64,000 bases of DNA from an uncultured delta proteobacterium (GCA_963755715.1 CAVWLW010000025.1:94367-158366); one strand, 5' to 3'; shown: positions 51,990-63,399, numbered from the stretch's first letter. Notes: a model not told the origin generated them from the letters alone. A program made the numbers and translations.

Positions 51990-52718
51990 GTGAAGGGCGA
52001 GCAGATTTCGATGACGGTGGATGTCGGCGGGTCAATTGCGCCGCGGTCATTCGAAGAAGAAAGCTACGCCCGCGGTTTCAAATCCATCGCCGGCATCGAT
52101 GAAGTCGGGCGTGGCCCGCTGGCCGGTCCGGTCGTTGCCGCCGCGGTTATTTTGCCGCGCGGATTCACGCATGCGGAGATCAAAGACTCGAAACTGTTGT
52201 CCGCGCAACAACGCGAAAAAACGGCCGCGTTGATCAAGCAAAGCGCGGCCTGTTGGGCGCTCGGCGTGGTAGAGGTCGAGGAAATCGACCGGCTCAATAT
52301 TCTTCAAGCGAGCCTGCTGGCGATGGTGAAGGCACTGGCCGGCTTGAGCTCGAAAGCCGATTGCGCGCTGATCGACGGCAATCAAACGATACCGGCGGCG
52401 CTGTTTCGCATCGGCGAATTTTCCAATGGAAGGCTGGTTTACCAAAAGACGATCATCAAAGGCGACCAGTTATGTCTTTCGATCGCCGCGGCCTCAATTG
52501 TGGCCAAAGTTGCACGCGATGAGATGATGGTCGACTTGGACAAACAGCATCCGGAGTATGGATTTGCCACCCACAAGGGCTATGGCTGCGCGGCGCATTT
52601 CGAAGCGCTGCAGCGCTACGGTCCGTCCCAGGCACACCGCCAGAGCTTTAAACCCGTGCGCGACGCTGTGATCGGGCCGAAGAGTCACGGGCCACTGTTT
52701 GAATATGAGCCTCAATAA
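51990..52718 (+). CDS. rnhB: Ribonuclease HII
   Basis: GIDEVGRGPLAGPV, DSK, IDGN, KGD, SIAAASIVAKVARD, HRQSF. Confidence 0.95.
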   Translation: MKGEQISMTVDVGGSIAPRSFEEESYARGFKSIAGIDEVGRGPLAGPVVAAAVILPRGFTHAEIKDSKLLSAQQREKTAALIKQSAACWALGVVEVEEIDRLNILQASLLAMVKALAGLSSKADCALIDGNQTIPAALFRIGEFSNGRLVYQKTIIKGDQLCLSIAAASIVAKVARDEMMVDLDKQHPEYGFATHKGYGCAAHFEALQRYGPSQAHRQSFKPVRDAVIGPKSHGPLFEYEPQ

Positions 52719-53076
52719 CGGCAAGCAAGTCCTCGGCAAAGAAGGCGAGCGCATCGCCGAGCAGTATCTCAAAAAGAAAGGCTACCGGCTGATCGAGCGA
52801 AATTACCGCTGCGCGGCGGGCGAGTTGGATCTGATCGTATTAGACCACCGCGTGGTGGTTTTTGTCGAAGTAAAGACCCGAACCGGTCACGGCTTTGGCT
52901 CGCCCTTTGAGGCGGTGGAGTTCAGAAAGCAGCGAAAAATGATTCAAGCCGCACAATATTTCCTGGCCGAAAAAAAACTCCAGCAACGGGACGCCAGATT
53001 CGACGTCGTCGGGATTTCCTGGCCCGGACGCGACCCGATGGTCGAGCATATCGAAAATGCTTTCGAATTGTCCTAG
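52705..53076 (+). CDS. yraN: YraN/UPF0102 family protein
   Basis: GKEGE, ERNYR, GELDLI, VFVEVKTR, RFDVV. Confidence 0.92.
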   Translation: MSLNNGKQVLGKEGERIAEQYLKKKGYRLIERNYRCAAGELDLIVLDHRVVVFVEVKTRTGHGFGSPFEAVEFRKQRKMIQAAQYFLAEKKLQQRDARFDVVGISWPGRDPMVEHIENAFELS

Positions 53077-53082
53077 GAATAA

Positions 53083-54609
<1,527 letters not shown>

Positions 54610-54622
54610 TGAAATGCTTATC

Positions 54623-54664
54623 GGAGGGGTGGGTGAGCGGTTGAAACCACCGGTCTTGAAAACC
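54623..54664 (+). tRNA. tRNA-Ser(UGA), 5' half only (att-site remnant)
   Basis: GGAGGGG-TG-GGTGAGCGGTTGAAACC-A-CCGGT-CTTGAAA-ACC, then non-tRNA sequence. I found no variable arm, T-arm or 3' acceptor strand in the window. Confidence 0.85.
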
Positions 54665-54695
54665 TGAACAGAGCAAAATTCAAATGTCGAAAATA

Positions 54696-54729
54696 GACGG
54701 CGACTTAGAGATAGGTCGCCGTTTTTTTT
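54696..54729 (+). terminator. Intrinsic terminator just inside the element
   Basis: GACGGCGAC-loop-GTCGCCGT followed by a T-tract. Confidence 0.8.
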
Positions 54730-54803
54730 GAGCTTTTGGTTAGCACTCGGATTTTATCAGATTGTTCATATTGAGCACGAAAGGTCATATTGGCGAGGAA
54801 AAT

Positions 54804-54825
54804 TGTTCCCAGGGTGTTCCCAGGG
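54804..54825. repeat. Tandem 11-bp direct repeat, candidate integrase arm sites
   Basis: TGTTCCCAGGG twice, about 140 bp from the junction. Confidence 0.55.
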
Positions 54826-54963
54826 GATCATACACACGTCGCGGTTTGAGAGGCGCCCCGTGCCCGCGCAATTTGACAAACTGCCACTATTAAGGCTTAG
54901 TCTCATCGGGTCTGTTCCGGCAGTTTGGCTATTGCGGTATACTTTTAGTTTGAGGGGCAGCCG

Positions 54964-55203
54964 ATGTCATCCTTGGAAAAAGAATTTAGATTTTACAAAG
55001 ATCATCAAAAAGAGCTTGTCGAGAAATATAAAGACAAGTTTTTAGCCATCGTCGGCGATGAGATAGTCGGCGTTTATGATACCGAAATCGAGGCATATAC
55101 CAACACGAAAAAAACCCATCCGGTGGGGTCTTTTCTAATTCAACATTGTTTGCCGGGTAAAGAAAGTTATACCGAGACCTACCACTCTAGAGTCGGTTTC
55201 TAA
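54964..55203 (+). CDS. Small DUF5678-like protein
   Basis: LEKEFRFYKDHQKELVEKYKDKFLAIVGDEIVGVYD pattern; GAGGGG RBS. Confidence 0.7.
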   Translation: MSSLEKEFRFYKDHQKELVEKYKDKFLAIVGDEIVGVYDTEIEAYTNTKKTHPVGSFLIQHCLPGKESYTETYHSRVGF

Positions 55204-55215
55204 GCAAATCCGTCA

Positions 55216-56097
55216 GTGCAGTTTCAGAATAAACCCTTTCGCTGTTTTACCACTCGGTTTAACGGACGCACCAACGTTCTAACAACCGAAATTCTGCTGA
55301 GCGAAGCTTACGATCCTACGAGCGGCGATCCGAGCCCGGAGCCTAAGCAATTCGTCGGAATTTGGGATACCGGCGCGACCGGGTCAGTAATTCCAAAACG
55401 TGTCGCGGATGCATTAGGTCTCCAGCCAACCGGGCGAGTGATATGCCGTGGGGTTGGGAAAGACGGCACTCCCAATGAGTTTGAGACGAACACTTATCTC
55501 ATCAACATCCATTTGCCGAACAAGGTTGCGATTATCGGCGTTAAGGTTTCGGAAGGTACGATCGCGGGCGCTGATCTTCTGATCGGCATGGATGTGATAG
55601 CACAGGGCGATTTTGCGATATCAAATTTTAATGGCAAAACGACTTTGAGCTTTAGAGTGCCGTCCGGTGAAGAGACAGATTATGTTAGAGACATAAACGA
55701 ATATCGTTACAAATATCGAGATAAGTTGCGGGCGATCGAAAAGGCTGTTCGACCGGTTAGCGGGCCGCCCGTCAGATCGCCGGCAAAAGATGACGTCGAA
55801 AAGGTTAGCCGCAACTCTCCATGTCCATGCGGCAGCGGGAAAAAATATAAGCGCTGTCATGGAAAATCGATATTAATGCCAAACGGGTTCCCTCCTGAGA
55901 CGCGCCGACTGCTGGTGCTCGAGGAATGGCGTGTTTCCCGGCGCGGCGTTCCTCTTTATAAACTGCGCGAGAGAGCGATACGCACTTTCGTGGGCAGTAT
56001 CTTGGAAATTGATTCTGGTGATTCACTCCACAATCGGCTTACTACATCTGCTATATCGAACTGCTCTCCTAAAAGTTTCCGCAATCTTCCAAACTGA
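55216..56097 (+). CDS. Retropepsin-like aspartyl protease with SEC-C Zn motif (3' end uncertain)
   Basis: [37 protein letters not shown]. Confidence 0.8.
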   Translation: MQFQNKPFRCFTTRFNGRTNVLTTEILLSEAYDPTSGDPSPEPKQFVGIWDTGATGSVIPKRVADALGLQPTGRVICRGVGKDGTPNEFETNTYLINIHLPNKVAIIGVKVSEGTIAGADLLIGMDVIAQGDFAISNFNGKTTLSFRVPSGEETDYVRDINEYRYKYRDKLRAIEKAVRPVSGPPVRSPAKDDVEKVSRNSPCPCGSGKKYKRCHGKSILMPNGFPPETRRLLVLEEWRVSRRGVPLYKLRERAIRTFVGSILEIDSGDSLHNRLTTSAISNCSPKSFRNLPN

Positions 56098-56775
56098 TTA
56101 TCGGTGCGGGTAAGAGGCAAATCCGAAATACCCCTGATCCGATTGTCTCGGACATATTTTTGCATCTTTTCTAGCGCAACTATCGCCGCTTGGTTAGCGC
56201 TGTCTGAATCTCCGGCTTTCGCTTTGGTTTTTGCTGCTGCGGTCTCATTTCGATGTTTCCACCTACATCGGTTACAACAAAATTCGCCTTTGAGATTTTT
56301 TCGATACCAGCATTTTTTTACACGCCTGTCTCCGACATAATCCCAGCTGTTCTATATCCCCACCGCTTTCCAGCGCCCTCTTCAAGACGCCATAGATCAG
56401 CTCATGAGCAGTTTCGGGATTGGGATAAATTGCGTCGACATGGCAAATATTCTTTCTGCCAAGAGACACGGGGCGCGTTTCTGCTATATAGAAATCTAAC
56501 GAGTAATATTTGTTTTCTCCAACAGCTCGAATCTTAACCTCCTTTTTTTGACTTGCGTGTCGGCAAAGCGCTTGATTAATCTGATCAAAGTTCCGGCCGC
56601 TTAGTAAATCAGTCAAAACTGATTTCATTTCGCTTTTTAGGCGCGCGCCAGCGCCGTCAAACTGAAACCCATTCTCGTCGGTCGATGCTGCGCAGATTTC
56701 CTTATAGACGGCCGATCGTGGCTTGCTGACAAATTCCACAAGAAGCTGACCTGGTGTTTTCGCACGATTCTTCAT
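55956..56775 (-). CDS. CGNR-type zinc-finger protein (putative regulator); frameshift ~56300
   Basis: [14 protein letters not shown] joins [17 protein letters not shown] in the next frame, which runs to stop 55956. Confidence 0.6.
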
Positions 56776-56880
56776 CGTTTTGTTACCTTTCCGTGCGCAC
56801 GATTTTTTTGACAATAGGACAGAATGCATCTAAATACAACGCACATAGCGCGAGGCACTTTAATGCGGAGGGAAGAGACC

Positions 56881-57071
56881 ATGAAGAACAGCGAGCTTTT
56901 GACCGTGGGGCAAGTTGCGAACGAATGGCAGTGCAGCCCTGATACCGTCAGGCGTCTTGCCGACGGTGGTCGTTACCAGCGATCAGGGTTGGTCGCGAAG
57001 GTCATCGTCTATTTAATCGATCGGACGTTGAAAGAGTTGCGGCCGAGCGAGAAGCGAAGGCCGAACATTAA
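56881..57071 (+). CDS. Excisionase-like HTH protein; frameshift ~56972
   Basis: LLTVGQVANEWQCSPDTVRRLADGG/LPAIRVGREGHRLFNRSDVE. Confidence 0.75.
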
Positions 57072-57102
57072 TAATAAGGTCAAACCACGACTCGCGGCGG
57101 GC

Positions 57103-57140
57103 AAAAAAAGGCCCGCACGATTTGCCGATCGATGCGGGCC
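57103..57140 (-). terminator. Hairpin with A-tract on the plus strand (minus-strand terminator)
   Basis: A7-GGCCCGCA-loop-TGCGGGCC. Confidence 0.5.
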
Positions 57141-57156
57141 GTGTAGGAGAAATCTA

Positions 57157-57378
57157 ATGTCAGCAACCTTAATCACAGCCGATCAATTCAGTCAATCCAG
57201 ATCAGTATCTCGGGTCATTTTTACGATTGATAGGGAAACTGGAAAAATCACTTCGACCGAGCCGGTCGTCGATACCGATGAAGAGCTGGCGCAGCTCGAA
57301 CCTTGGATCCAAGCTTGTTTTATTCTTTCCGAGTTAATTAGGCGCCCAAAGCAGTCCCAAGATCGAGCCGCGGCGTGA
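57157..57378 (+). CDS. Small hypothetical protein
   Basis: AGGAG RBS, ATG 57157, GTGA overlap with the next gene. Confidence 0.6.
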   Translation: MSATLITADQFSQSRSVSRVIFTIDRETGKITSTEPVVDTDEELAQLEPWIQACFILSELIRRPKQSQDRAAA

Positions 57379-58150
57379 GCATTAGGATCATGTCAGAAGT
57401 TTGGAAATATTCGCGCGCAACAGGCGCCGATCTACTTGTCATGCTTGCGCTGGCTGATTTCCCAAATGATCAAGGCGAAAGTTATCCTAGCCTGAAAACT
57501 ATCGCTCAAAAGGCACGCCTCAGCGTCCGCGGTGTATGTAAGATTTTGGAGCGCCGGCAAGCAGCCGGGGAGATCAGGCGCGATCGCTCCAAGGGCGGAA
57601 AGAATCGCCGGACTCGTTACTTCATCAAGCTACCAAACAGTGAACAGCATTCAGAGAATGGCATTCAGAGAATGGCATTCGAGAATGGCATTCAGAGAAC
57701 CGCATACTCTGAACCTGACGACACTCAAACAGTGAACGGTGGTTCACACGCAATAAACCGTCATAGAACCGTCGATAAGGACGTGAGCAAAAAACCTCAC
57801 GCCGTGATCAGCAAAACGGAGATCCGAGAGCCAAAGAATTCCTTGAGTGGTTTCCGCCAGAATATCAATGCCGCCTTGGTCGACCCTACTGTGTCGTCTG
57901 GGCCAAAGAGATCAAGCTTCTCAACGACCTGCTTAAAACGTTAGATCTCCCGACCCTGAAACGCTGCGCAATAGTACTACTCGAAACAGACGACCCTTTC
58001 TTGAGCAGCACCGGCCGCGGCATTCCCATACTTTCAAACCAGATCAACAAACTCGCCGGCATGATCGATCCGCCCGGCGCCATTCCACCCCAAGCAACGC
58101 CACTACTACCGGAGCCGTTGGATTATAGAGAGAGCGCCAATCATGGTTGA
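57375..58150 (+). CDS. Phage-type replication initiator (N-terminal wHTH); frameshifted near 57830-57870
   Basis: MSIRIMSEVW...LLVMLALADF...YPSLKTIAQKARLSVRGV. The C-terminal frame RLGRPYCVVWAKEIKLL...DDPFL ends at 58150, overlapping dnaB. Confidence 0.75.
57647..57701. repeat. Iteron array (candidate replication origin)
   Basis: Four copies of GCATTCAGAGAATG (one 13-bp copy, one ending AACC), flanked by two CAAACAGTGAAC. Confidence 0.75.
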
Positions 58151-59502
58151 AAACGGATCCGGAAAATCCTGCCCCAAAACCTTGACGCCGAAACCGCGGT
58201 GCTTGGTGCCATTTTGGCCTTTCCGGATTGCCTAAACGATGTGATCGCCATAACCGGGCCGGATTATTTCTACCGCGATGCGCACGCGAAAATTTTTCGC
58301 ACCATGATGGAACACGCGGAGCGCGGCGACCCGATTGACGTGCTCACCCTCAGCGATTCGCTGAAGGCAAAGAACGAGCTCGATTCAGTCGGCGGCGCCG
58401 CCTATCTTGCTTCCTGCCATGACTCCGTGCCAACGGCGGTAAACGTCGGGCATTATGCGCGCATTGTGAAACGGTCGTTCCAACAGCGCCAATTGGTTCG
58501 GCTATTTACCGAATGCACCGAGCGCCTATATCGATGACCCCTTGGTCGTTGCTTCCGAAATCACTTCAGAGCTCTTGCGGATCAATCCGGCACACTCAAA
58601 CGTGAATGTTTGGCCGATCGATAAGTTAGTGACCGAATGTCTGAAAGATTTGCAAGAGGCATATCACAGCAACGGCCGAATCATCGGCGTCCCTACTGGC
58701 CTTAAAGAATTCGAGAAATATTACGGCGGCATATCGCGGCGCGATCTCGTCGTGGTCGGCGGTCGCACGAGTCATGGAAAAACCAGCTTCGCCGGCACGG
58801 TCGCAAAGAATACGGCCGACCTCGGTTATCCCGTCGTCTTTGTAAGCGCGGAAAGCGATCCGAAAAAAATATGCATGCGCCTTCTCTCTCAGACATCTCG
58901 GGGTCGAAAATATCCGACTCCAAGTCGGGATGTTGGGCGACAGCGATTTTAACAAAATTACGGTGGCGTCTTGTCGCGTGGCAAATCTGCCCATGACCGT
59001 TTTTGGCGGCCTGCGGTCGTGGGAAACGATCAAGGCCCTTCTGCGCGCGCTCAAACTCAGGGAACCCACTCTTTCGTTGGTGATCATCGACTATGCGCAA
59101 ATTCTCTCGGCGCCAGTGGCGGAAAAAAAGCGTTATCTGGAAGTTTCCAAGATCAGCGCAGAAGCAAAGGGGCTGGCGCTCGAGTTCAACGCCGCGGTCA
59201 TGTTGCTTTCGCAGCTTTCGCGAGATGTTGAGAAAAACCAAAACAAACCAGGACAGCCAACCATTTTCCGACGTCCAAGGCTCTCTGACTTGCGCGAAAG
59301 CGGTTCACTTGAACAGGACGCCGATATTGTCTTTCTACTTCATCGTGAACGCATGGAACCGAAGGAGCCGACAGAATTGATCATCGCGAAAAATCGCGAG
59401 GGTCGGATTGGTTCGGTCAAGCTACGGTTCGACGAAAAGACGGTGTCATTCAGCGATTGGATCGAGCCGCAGGATTTTAAAACGAGGGCCGCCGGCGAAT
59501 GA
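58143..59502 (+). CDS. dnaB: DnaB-like replicative helicase; several frameshifts
   Basis: PQNLDAETAVLGA, FYRDAHAKIF, PIDVLTL, GVPTG, GGRTSHGKT, IIDYAQI, LSQLSR, PRLSDLRESGSLEQDADIV, KNREG. Confidence 0.9.
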
Positions 59503-59747
59503 AGCTACTACGCGCCGAAGAAGTCGCGGTAATTTTGGACGTTTCGCGATCCACTGCGCGGAGAATGATGATCGATGGAACGCTGCCGGCAATTCCATTG
59601 CGCTCGGGAAAGAGAAAGAAGATTTATCGCGTGAGAGAGTCGGAGCTTGAGAGATATGTGCTGAGTTTGGAGAGGCAAAGCGTCAAATCTCGGCCGGCGC
59701 GTTTAGCCGTGGTCGACGCCGTACGGAGAGAGTTCAACCATGATTGA
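59499..59747 (+). CDS. Second excisionase/AlpA-like HTH protein
   Basis: LLRAEEVAVILDVSRSTARRMMIDGTLPAI...YRVRESELERY. Confidence 0.8.
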   Translation: MKLLRAEEVAVILDVSRSTARRMMIDGTLPAIPLRSGKRKKIYRVRESELERYVLSLERQSVKSRPARLAVVDAVRREFNHD

Positions 59748-59989
59748 AATCAAGATTGGCAAAAAAAACTTATGAATGGAAGTTTATATCCTGGGGCACT
59801 GGGAGCGCGTTGGTCGAGGATGGAGCCACCGCGGCAACAATGCCAGCGGAAATTTCGCCCGGCGAAAATTTGCCATCCCCAAAGCCAGCGGAAAGAAAAA
59901 TTATAGGCGCAGCGCCGGATGGTCGAATTTTGAGGTTATTTCCGCCAAAAAAAACTGGCCATGAACTAACGCCACGCTGGCGCGCTTGA
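59744..59989 (+). CDS. Hypothetical protein
   Basis: Coupled to the upstream gene; no recognisable motif. Confidence 0.4.
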   Translation: MKSRLAKKTYEWKFISWGTGSALVEDGATAATMPAEISPGENLPSPKPAERKIIGAAPDGRILRLFPPKKTGHELTPRWRA

Positions 59990-60005
59990 AAAGGAGTGAA
60001 AGATA

Positions 60006-60509
60006 ATGATCGAATTCGCGAGACTCGATGGCCAACCCAGATTTTCGCAATCGTACATCCGCGCGCGAATGATCGAAGTTCGGGAAAGAGAAATTCAACG
60101 GGAAAGTTATGCACTGCGCTACCGTCGCGTGATCGAGGCGATTATTCGGAACCCGCCTCGATTGGAAGACGTCGCCAAGGTCGCGGCAGCCGCCGCTGCT
60201 TTTGAGTTGGACATCGACACTCCGGCTATTCGGGCGATGGATGAATCGGAGATCCGCGCTGATCCGCATAAACTCGGTTATGCGCCGATGCGCAAGGAGA
60301 ACTTAATCGTCATCAGAATGGATCGGTGCGCTTGCATGATTGCACGAACGGTTGGGCATGAATGCCGACACCGTCAGCAGATTGATACCGATCGCTTTCT
60401 CGACATGCTCGGCGCAGGCACTACCGAATCTGACGCAAAGGAATTTGAGGCGCGGTTCGCTCAAAAATATTTCCCGTCAAACGGTTGTCACTGTAAACAG
60501 CAGAGATAA
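60006..60509 (+). CDS. Hypothetical protein with HExxH motif
   Basis: AAGGAG RBS; TVGHECRHRQQ and downstream ESDAKEF. Confidence 0.6.
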   Translation: MIEFARLDGQPRFSQSYIRARMIEVREREIQRESYALRYRRVIEAIIRNPPRLEDVAKVAAAAAAFELDIDTPAIRAMDESEIRADPHKLGYAPMRKENLIVIRMDRCACMIARTVGHECRHRQQIDTDRFLDMLGAGTTESDAKEFEARFAQKYFPSNGCHCKQQR

Positions 60510-60547
60510 TCGCACTTAGTAAAACTCAAAAAGGAGAAATGTAACCA

Positions 60548-61135
60548 ATGGCAATTAGAATCGACGAAAAGAATGTAGACGCAATCGCCTTACGTGAAGC
60601 TGAAAATAAACTGCGGCAATTCATCAGTGACCGTGCCGCAAAACAAAGCGACGTTTCAACCGAGACAGAGCGCATGATGCTGCGCAACCAATCGATTCAT
60701 CGTTCCAAGTTAGTTGCGGAAGCGAACGAGCTCTCGGAATGGCGACGACTTTGGTTGTCGAGCAGTCCAATATCGAGAAGCTGGAACATGAAATCGCCGT
60801 TCTCGACCTAGCTATTAGTCGACAAGCTCAGACTGTCGACAAGCTCCGCGGTCGCTTCACGCTCCAGGTCTGTGAGGCCAACCGTGCGCGGTACGTGGAG
60901 ATTGAGAAACGCATTGCGAAAGCTGTTCAGGAATTGGCGGCGGCAAATGAGGAAGAGGTTCGGTTTATCGAAGAGCTGCGCGACCGGGCTGCTTATCGAT
61001 TACGTTTCGACCGATGCGCTTGAATGTCGTTGGCATTGCCAGCGACTCTCAAAGCCTCGCCTCGCTTCATCGGCGCGAAGTTCTGGAAATATTTACCGGA
61101 AGCGATTGGCTAACTTATTCAACACAAGTGGCTGA
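60548..61135 (+). CDS. Coiled-coil hypothetical protein (frameshifted)
   Basis: AAGGAG RBS; helical segments continue across overlapping ORFs. Confidence 0.5.
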
Positions 61136-61245
61136 TAATATGGGGTATTCGTTTTCTTGGCGAGCCTGCAGCGTTAACTGCACGCTAACCAAACGTAAAC
61201 GCGGACCGACCCGGTTCATAAAAACACCCGGTTCCAGAAACTGAA

Positions 61246-61623
61246 ATGAGCTCGAAAATCACAGCGCTAAAGACTGCAAATGTCGCGAATGATTGGCAGA
61301 AAGTGCCGACGCACTTGAAGGCCGCTGGCAAAAAGTTGTGGATCCATGTGAGTGGAACATTCGAGTTGGAAGGGCATGACTACGTGCTGCTGCAATCGCT
61401 CTGCGAGACGCTCGACAGAAAAAACCAGGCTGAAAATGATCTCCGAAAACATGGTTCGCTCACATTTGAGAACAGACATGGCGAGTTAAAATCCCATCCT
61501 GCAGTTCAAATCGTTCGCGACTGCAATATTTTGATGGCGCGACTACGGCGCGAGTTAGCTCTATCTGAAGAAGAGCCATCGGATAATCGACCGCCAAGAT
61601 TGCGCTATGGAGGCAAAAAGTAA
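61246..61623 (+). CDS. terS: Terminase small subunit, P27/HK97 type
   Basis: PTHLKAAGKKLW...LLQSLCE...HGELKSHPAV...LRRELAL. Confidence 0.8.
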   Translation: MSSKITALKTANVANDWQKVPTHLKAAGKKLWIHVSGTFELEGHDYVLLQSLCETLDRKNQAENDLRKHGSLTFENRHGELKSHPAVQIVRDCNILMARLRRELALSEEEPSDNRPPRLRYGGKK

Positions 61624-61624
61624 A

Positions 61625-61995
61625 ATGCCACGCCGATCAACCGTAGACCGATCACATAAAATAAGCGGCCGCGATGTCGAACTATTGCGCGCGGCGATTC
61701 GCGAGGGTTGGCCGTGGCGGTTTTTTGAAAGCGATATCTATCAGAACATCCCACTGGATGCGAGGCTCCAAATTTGTTTAAGCCACGTAACCGGCAAGTT
61801 TATACATTGGCATGCGGCTTCCCGGCGGATCCCCATCCATCGGATGAGACCGTCGCATACTTACGAAGCGAGCTCGCTACGGATCTGAAACAAGCCGAAA
61901 AGAAATGGGGCAAGCTGGTGCCGAAGGCGGACCGCTACAATTCGAAGGATCTGCGCAGGCGCAATCCGTCGTGGGGTCCGCGGGAGACATATTAA
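61625..61995 (+). CDS. Hypothetical protein (probable frameshift)
   Basis: ATG directly after the terS stop; overlapping ORFs 61607-61888 and 61774-61995. Confidence 0.4.
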
Positions 61996-61997
61996 AA

Positions 61998-62335
61998 GTG
62001 CCAATACGAAAACTCAGATCGCGGAAAAATGAAGGCTTGAGAAAATTCATCCTTCCGCTTTACGAAAGGCCGGTTTTGAAGTTTCTCGCATGGGTGAGCC
62101 GTACGCGCCTCTAGCAACGTTGATTTTTGGTTATCCGTTTGGCCTGGACGCAAAAGGAAAGGCTGATCATGGCGGCACTGGTTTCAGTGTCGAGCAGGAA
62201 TCCCAGTTGCGCGAGCTGTGGGAGGAATTGCGTGTCGACATTCTCGCCGCTCAAAACCAATATGCGCCCGACAAGAAGCCGTGGGGCATTCGGTTCGATA
62301 AAAAAAGTAAAGGAGTCGGAAACCAGGCCAGATAA
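61998..62335 (+). CDS. Hypothetical phage-like protein (probable frameshift ~62090)
   Basis: GTG after GGGAG; C-terminal LWEELRVDILA...PDKKPWG. Confidence 0.4.
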
Positions 62336-62724
62336 ATTTCACTATTTCATCTTTCTTGTCGATTGTCGGTGCGGAAAAAAAGCGCGGCGTGTTTGTTAAA
62401 GGCCCATTCACGCACGCGCGCCGCTGCGGGGTTAAGAGGTTCCTCCTGTACCTCGCCGCGGTTTCACCCGTAGATCGGCAATCCAGCATTCACCGTCTCT
62501 TTTGGGGCTCGCTTGACGAGTGGGCGGACAACACAAAAATCCTTGACATGGTGCTCCGTTGGCGCGAGTAATCTCCGAGCAGTCGTGCCCGATCAGGCAA
62601 ATCACGGCTTTGAGAAAAAGTATGTCGGGTAATTTTCTATCGTTCTCTGGACAAAATAACTCTGGTCTATTCTTTGCCTATTTTTGCCCCTGGAACTTGA
62701 AAAAAACATGACGGAGGAACGGTC

Positions 62725-62892
62725 ATGGAATTAAAGGCACTCTTCTGTTCGGTCTCCATGACCGGTCTGGTTGCTGTTTGGCTGCTGTTGTGGGTTGTCA
62801 GTGAACAGAGAGGTGACCATAGGAAGACAAGCGCACATGACGAGACTGGCGTCGGTCTTTGTCTACCTGCGATTCGCCGTTTTCCAACGTGA
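62725..62892 (+). CDS. 55-aa single-TM small protein
   Basis: GGAGG RBS; MELKALFCSVSMTGLVAVWLLLWVVSEQR...; not in the ORF track. Confidence 0.4.
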   Translation: MELKALFCSVSMTGLVAVWLLLWVVSEQRGDHRKTSAHDETGVGLCLPAIRRFPT

Positions 62893-62955
62893 GACGTTAG
62901 TCCACTGGATCTGACCTGTAGATCAGCCATTGAGCGCCGGTGATACGCTCTAACG

Positions 62956-63399
62956 ATGGCTCGGCCTATCTCCCGCGGTGTCCTCTCCTTCGGTCTCGTC
63001 TCTATCCCCGTCGAGCTCTATTCGGCCATCGAAGATCAAAATATCCGTTTTCATCTGCTGCACAAAAAGTGCGGCTCACGCGTGCGCAATCAATTGTTTT
63101 GCCCAGTTTGTAAAGTCGTGATCGAGCGCGACGAAACGGTGCGCGAGTACGAGGTTTCAAAAGGGCAGTACGTAAGGGTCGAAGACGCCGAGCTCGACGC
63201 GCTCGAAGCTGAGGCGAACAGCAGCATCGAAATGCGAGAGTTCATCCCGATCGAGAAAGTCGACCCGATCTATTTCGAGAGCAGCTATTATCTCGCGCCT
63301 GACAAAGGAGCGGATAAACCGTATCGGTTGCTCGCCGATACCATGGCAAAGACCGGCCGCGTCGCACTTGCTCAAACGGTTTTTCATAACAAGTCGTAA
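62956..63399 (+). pseudogene. ku: Truncated Ku (NHEJ end-binding) gene, N-terminal 147 aa only
   Basis: GVLSFGLVSIPVELY, FHLLH, REYEVSKGQYV, IDPIYF-like VDPIYFESSYYLAP, PYRLL. Similarity stops after TVFHNK. Confidence 0.8.

Noticed and set aside
54623-54730. Intact or intron-containing tRNA-Ser
   Set aside because: The break is in the 3' anticodon stem, not the loop. A terminator follows, and no intron core or 3' exon is visible in the window.
57647-57701. Mini-CRISPR
   Set aside because: The repeats are contiguous with no spacers and lie inside a replication gene, which fits iterons.
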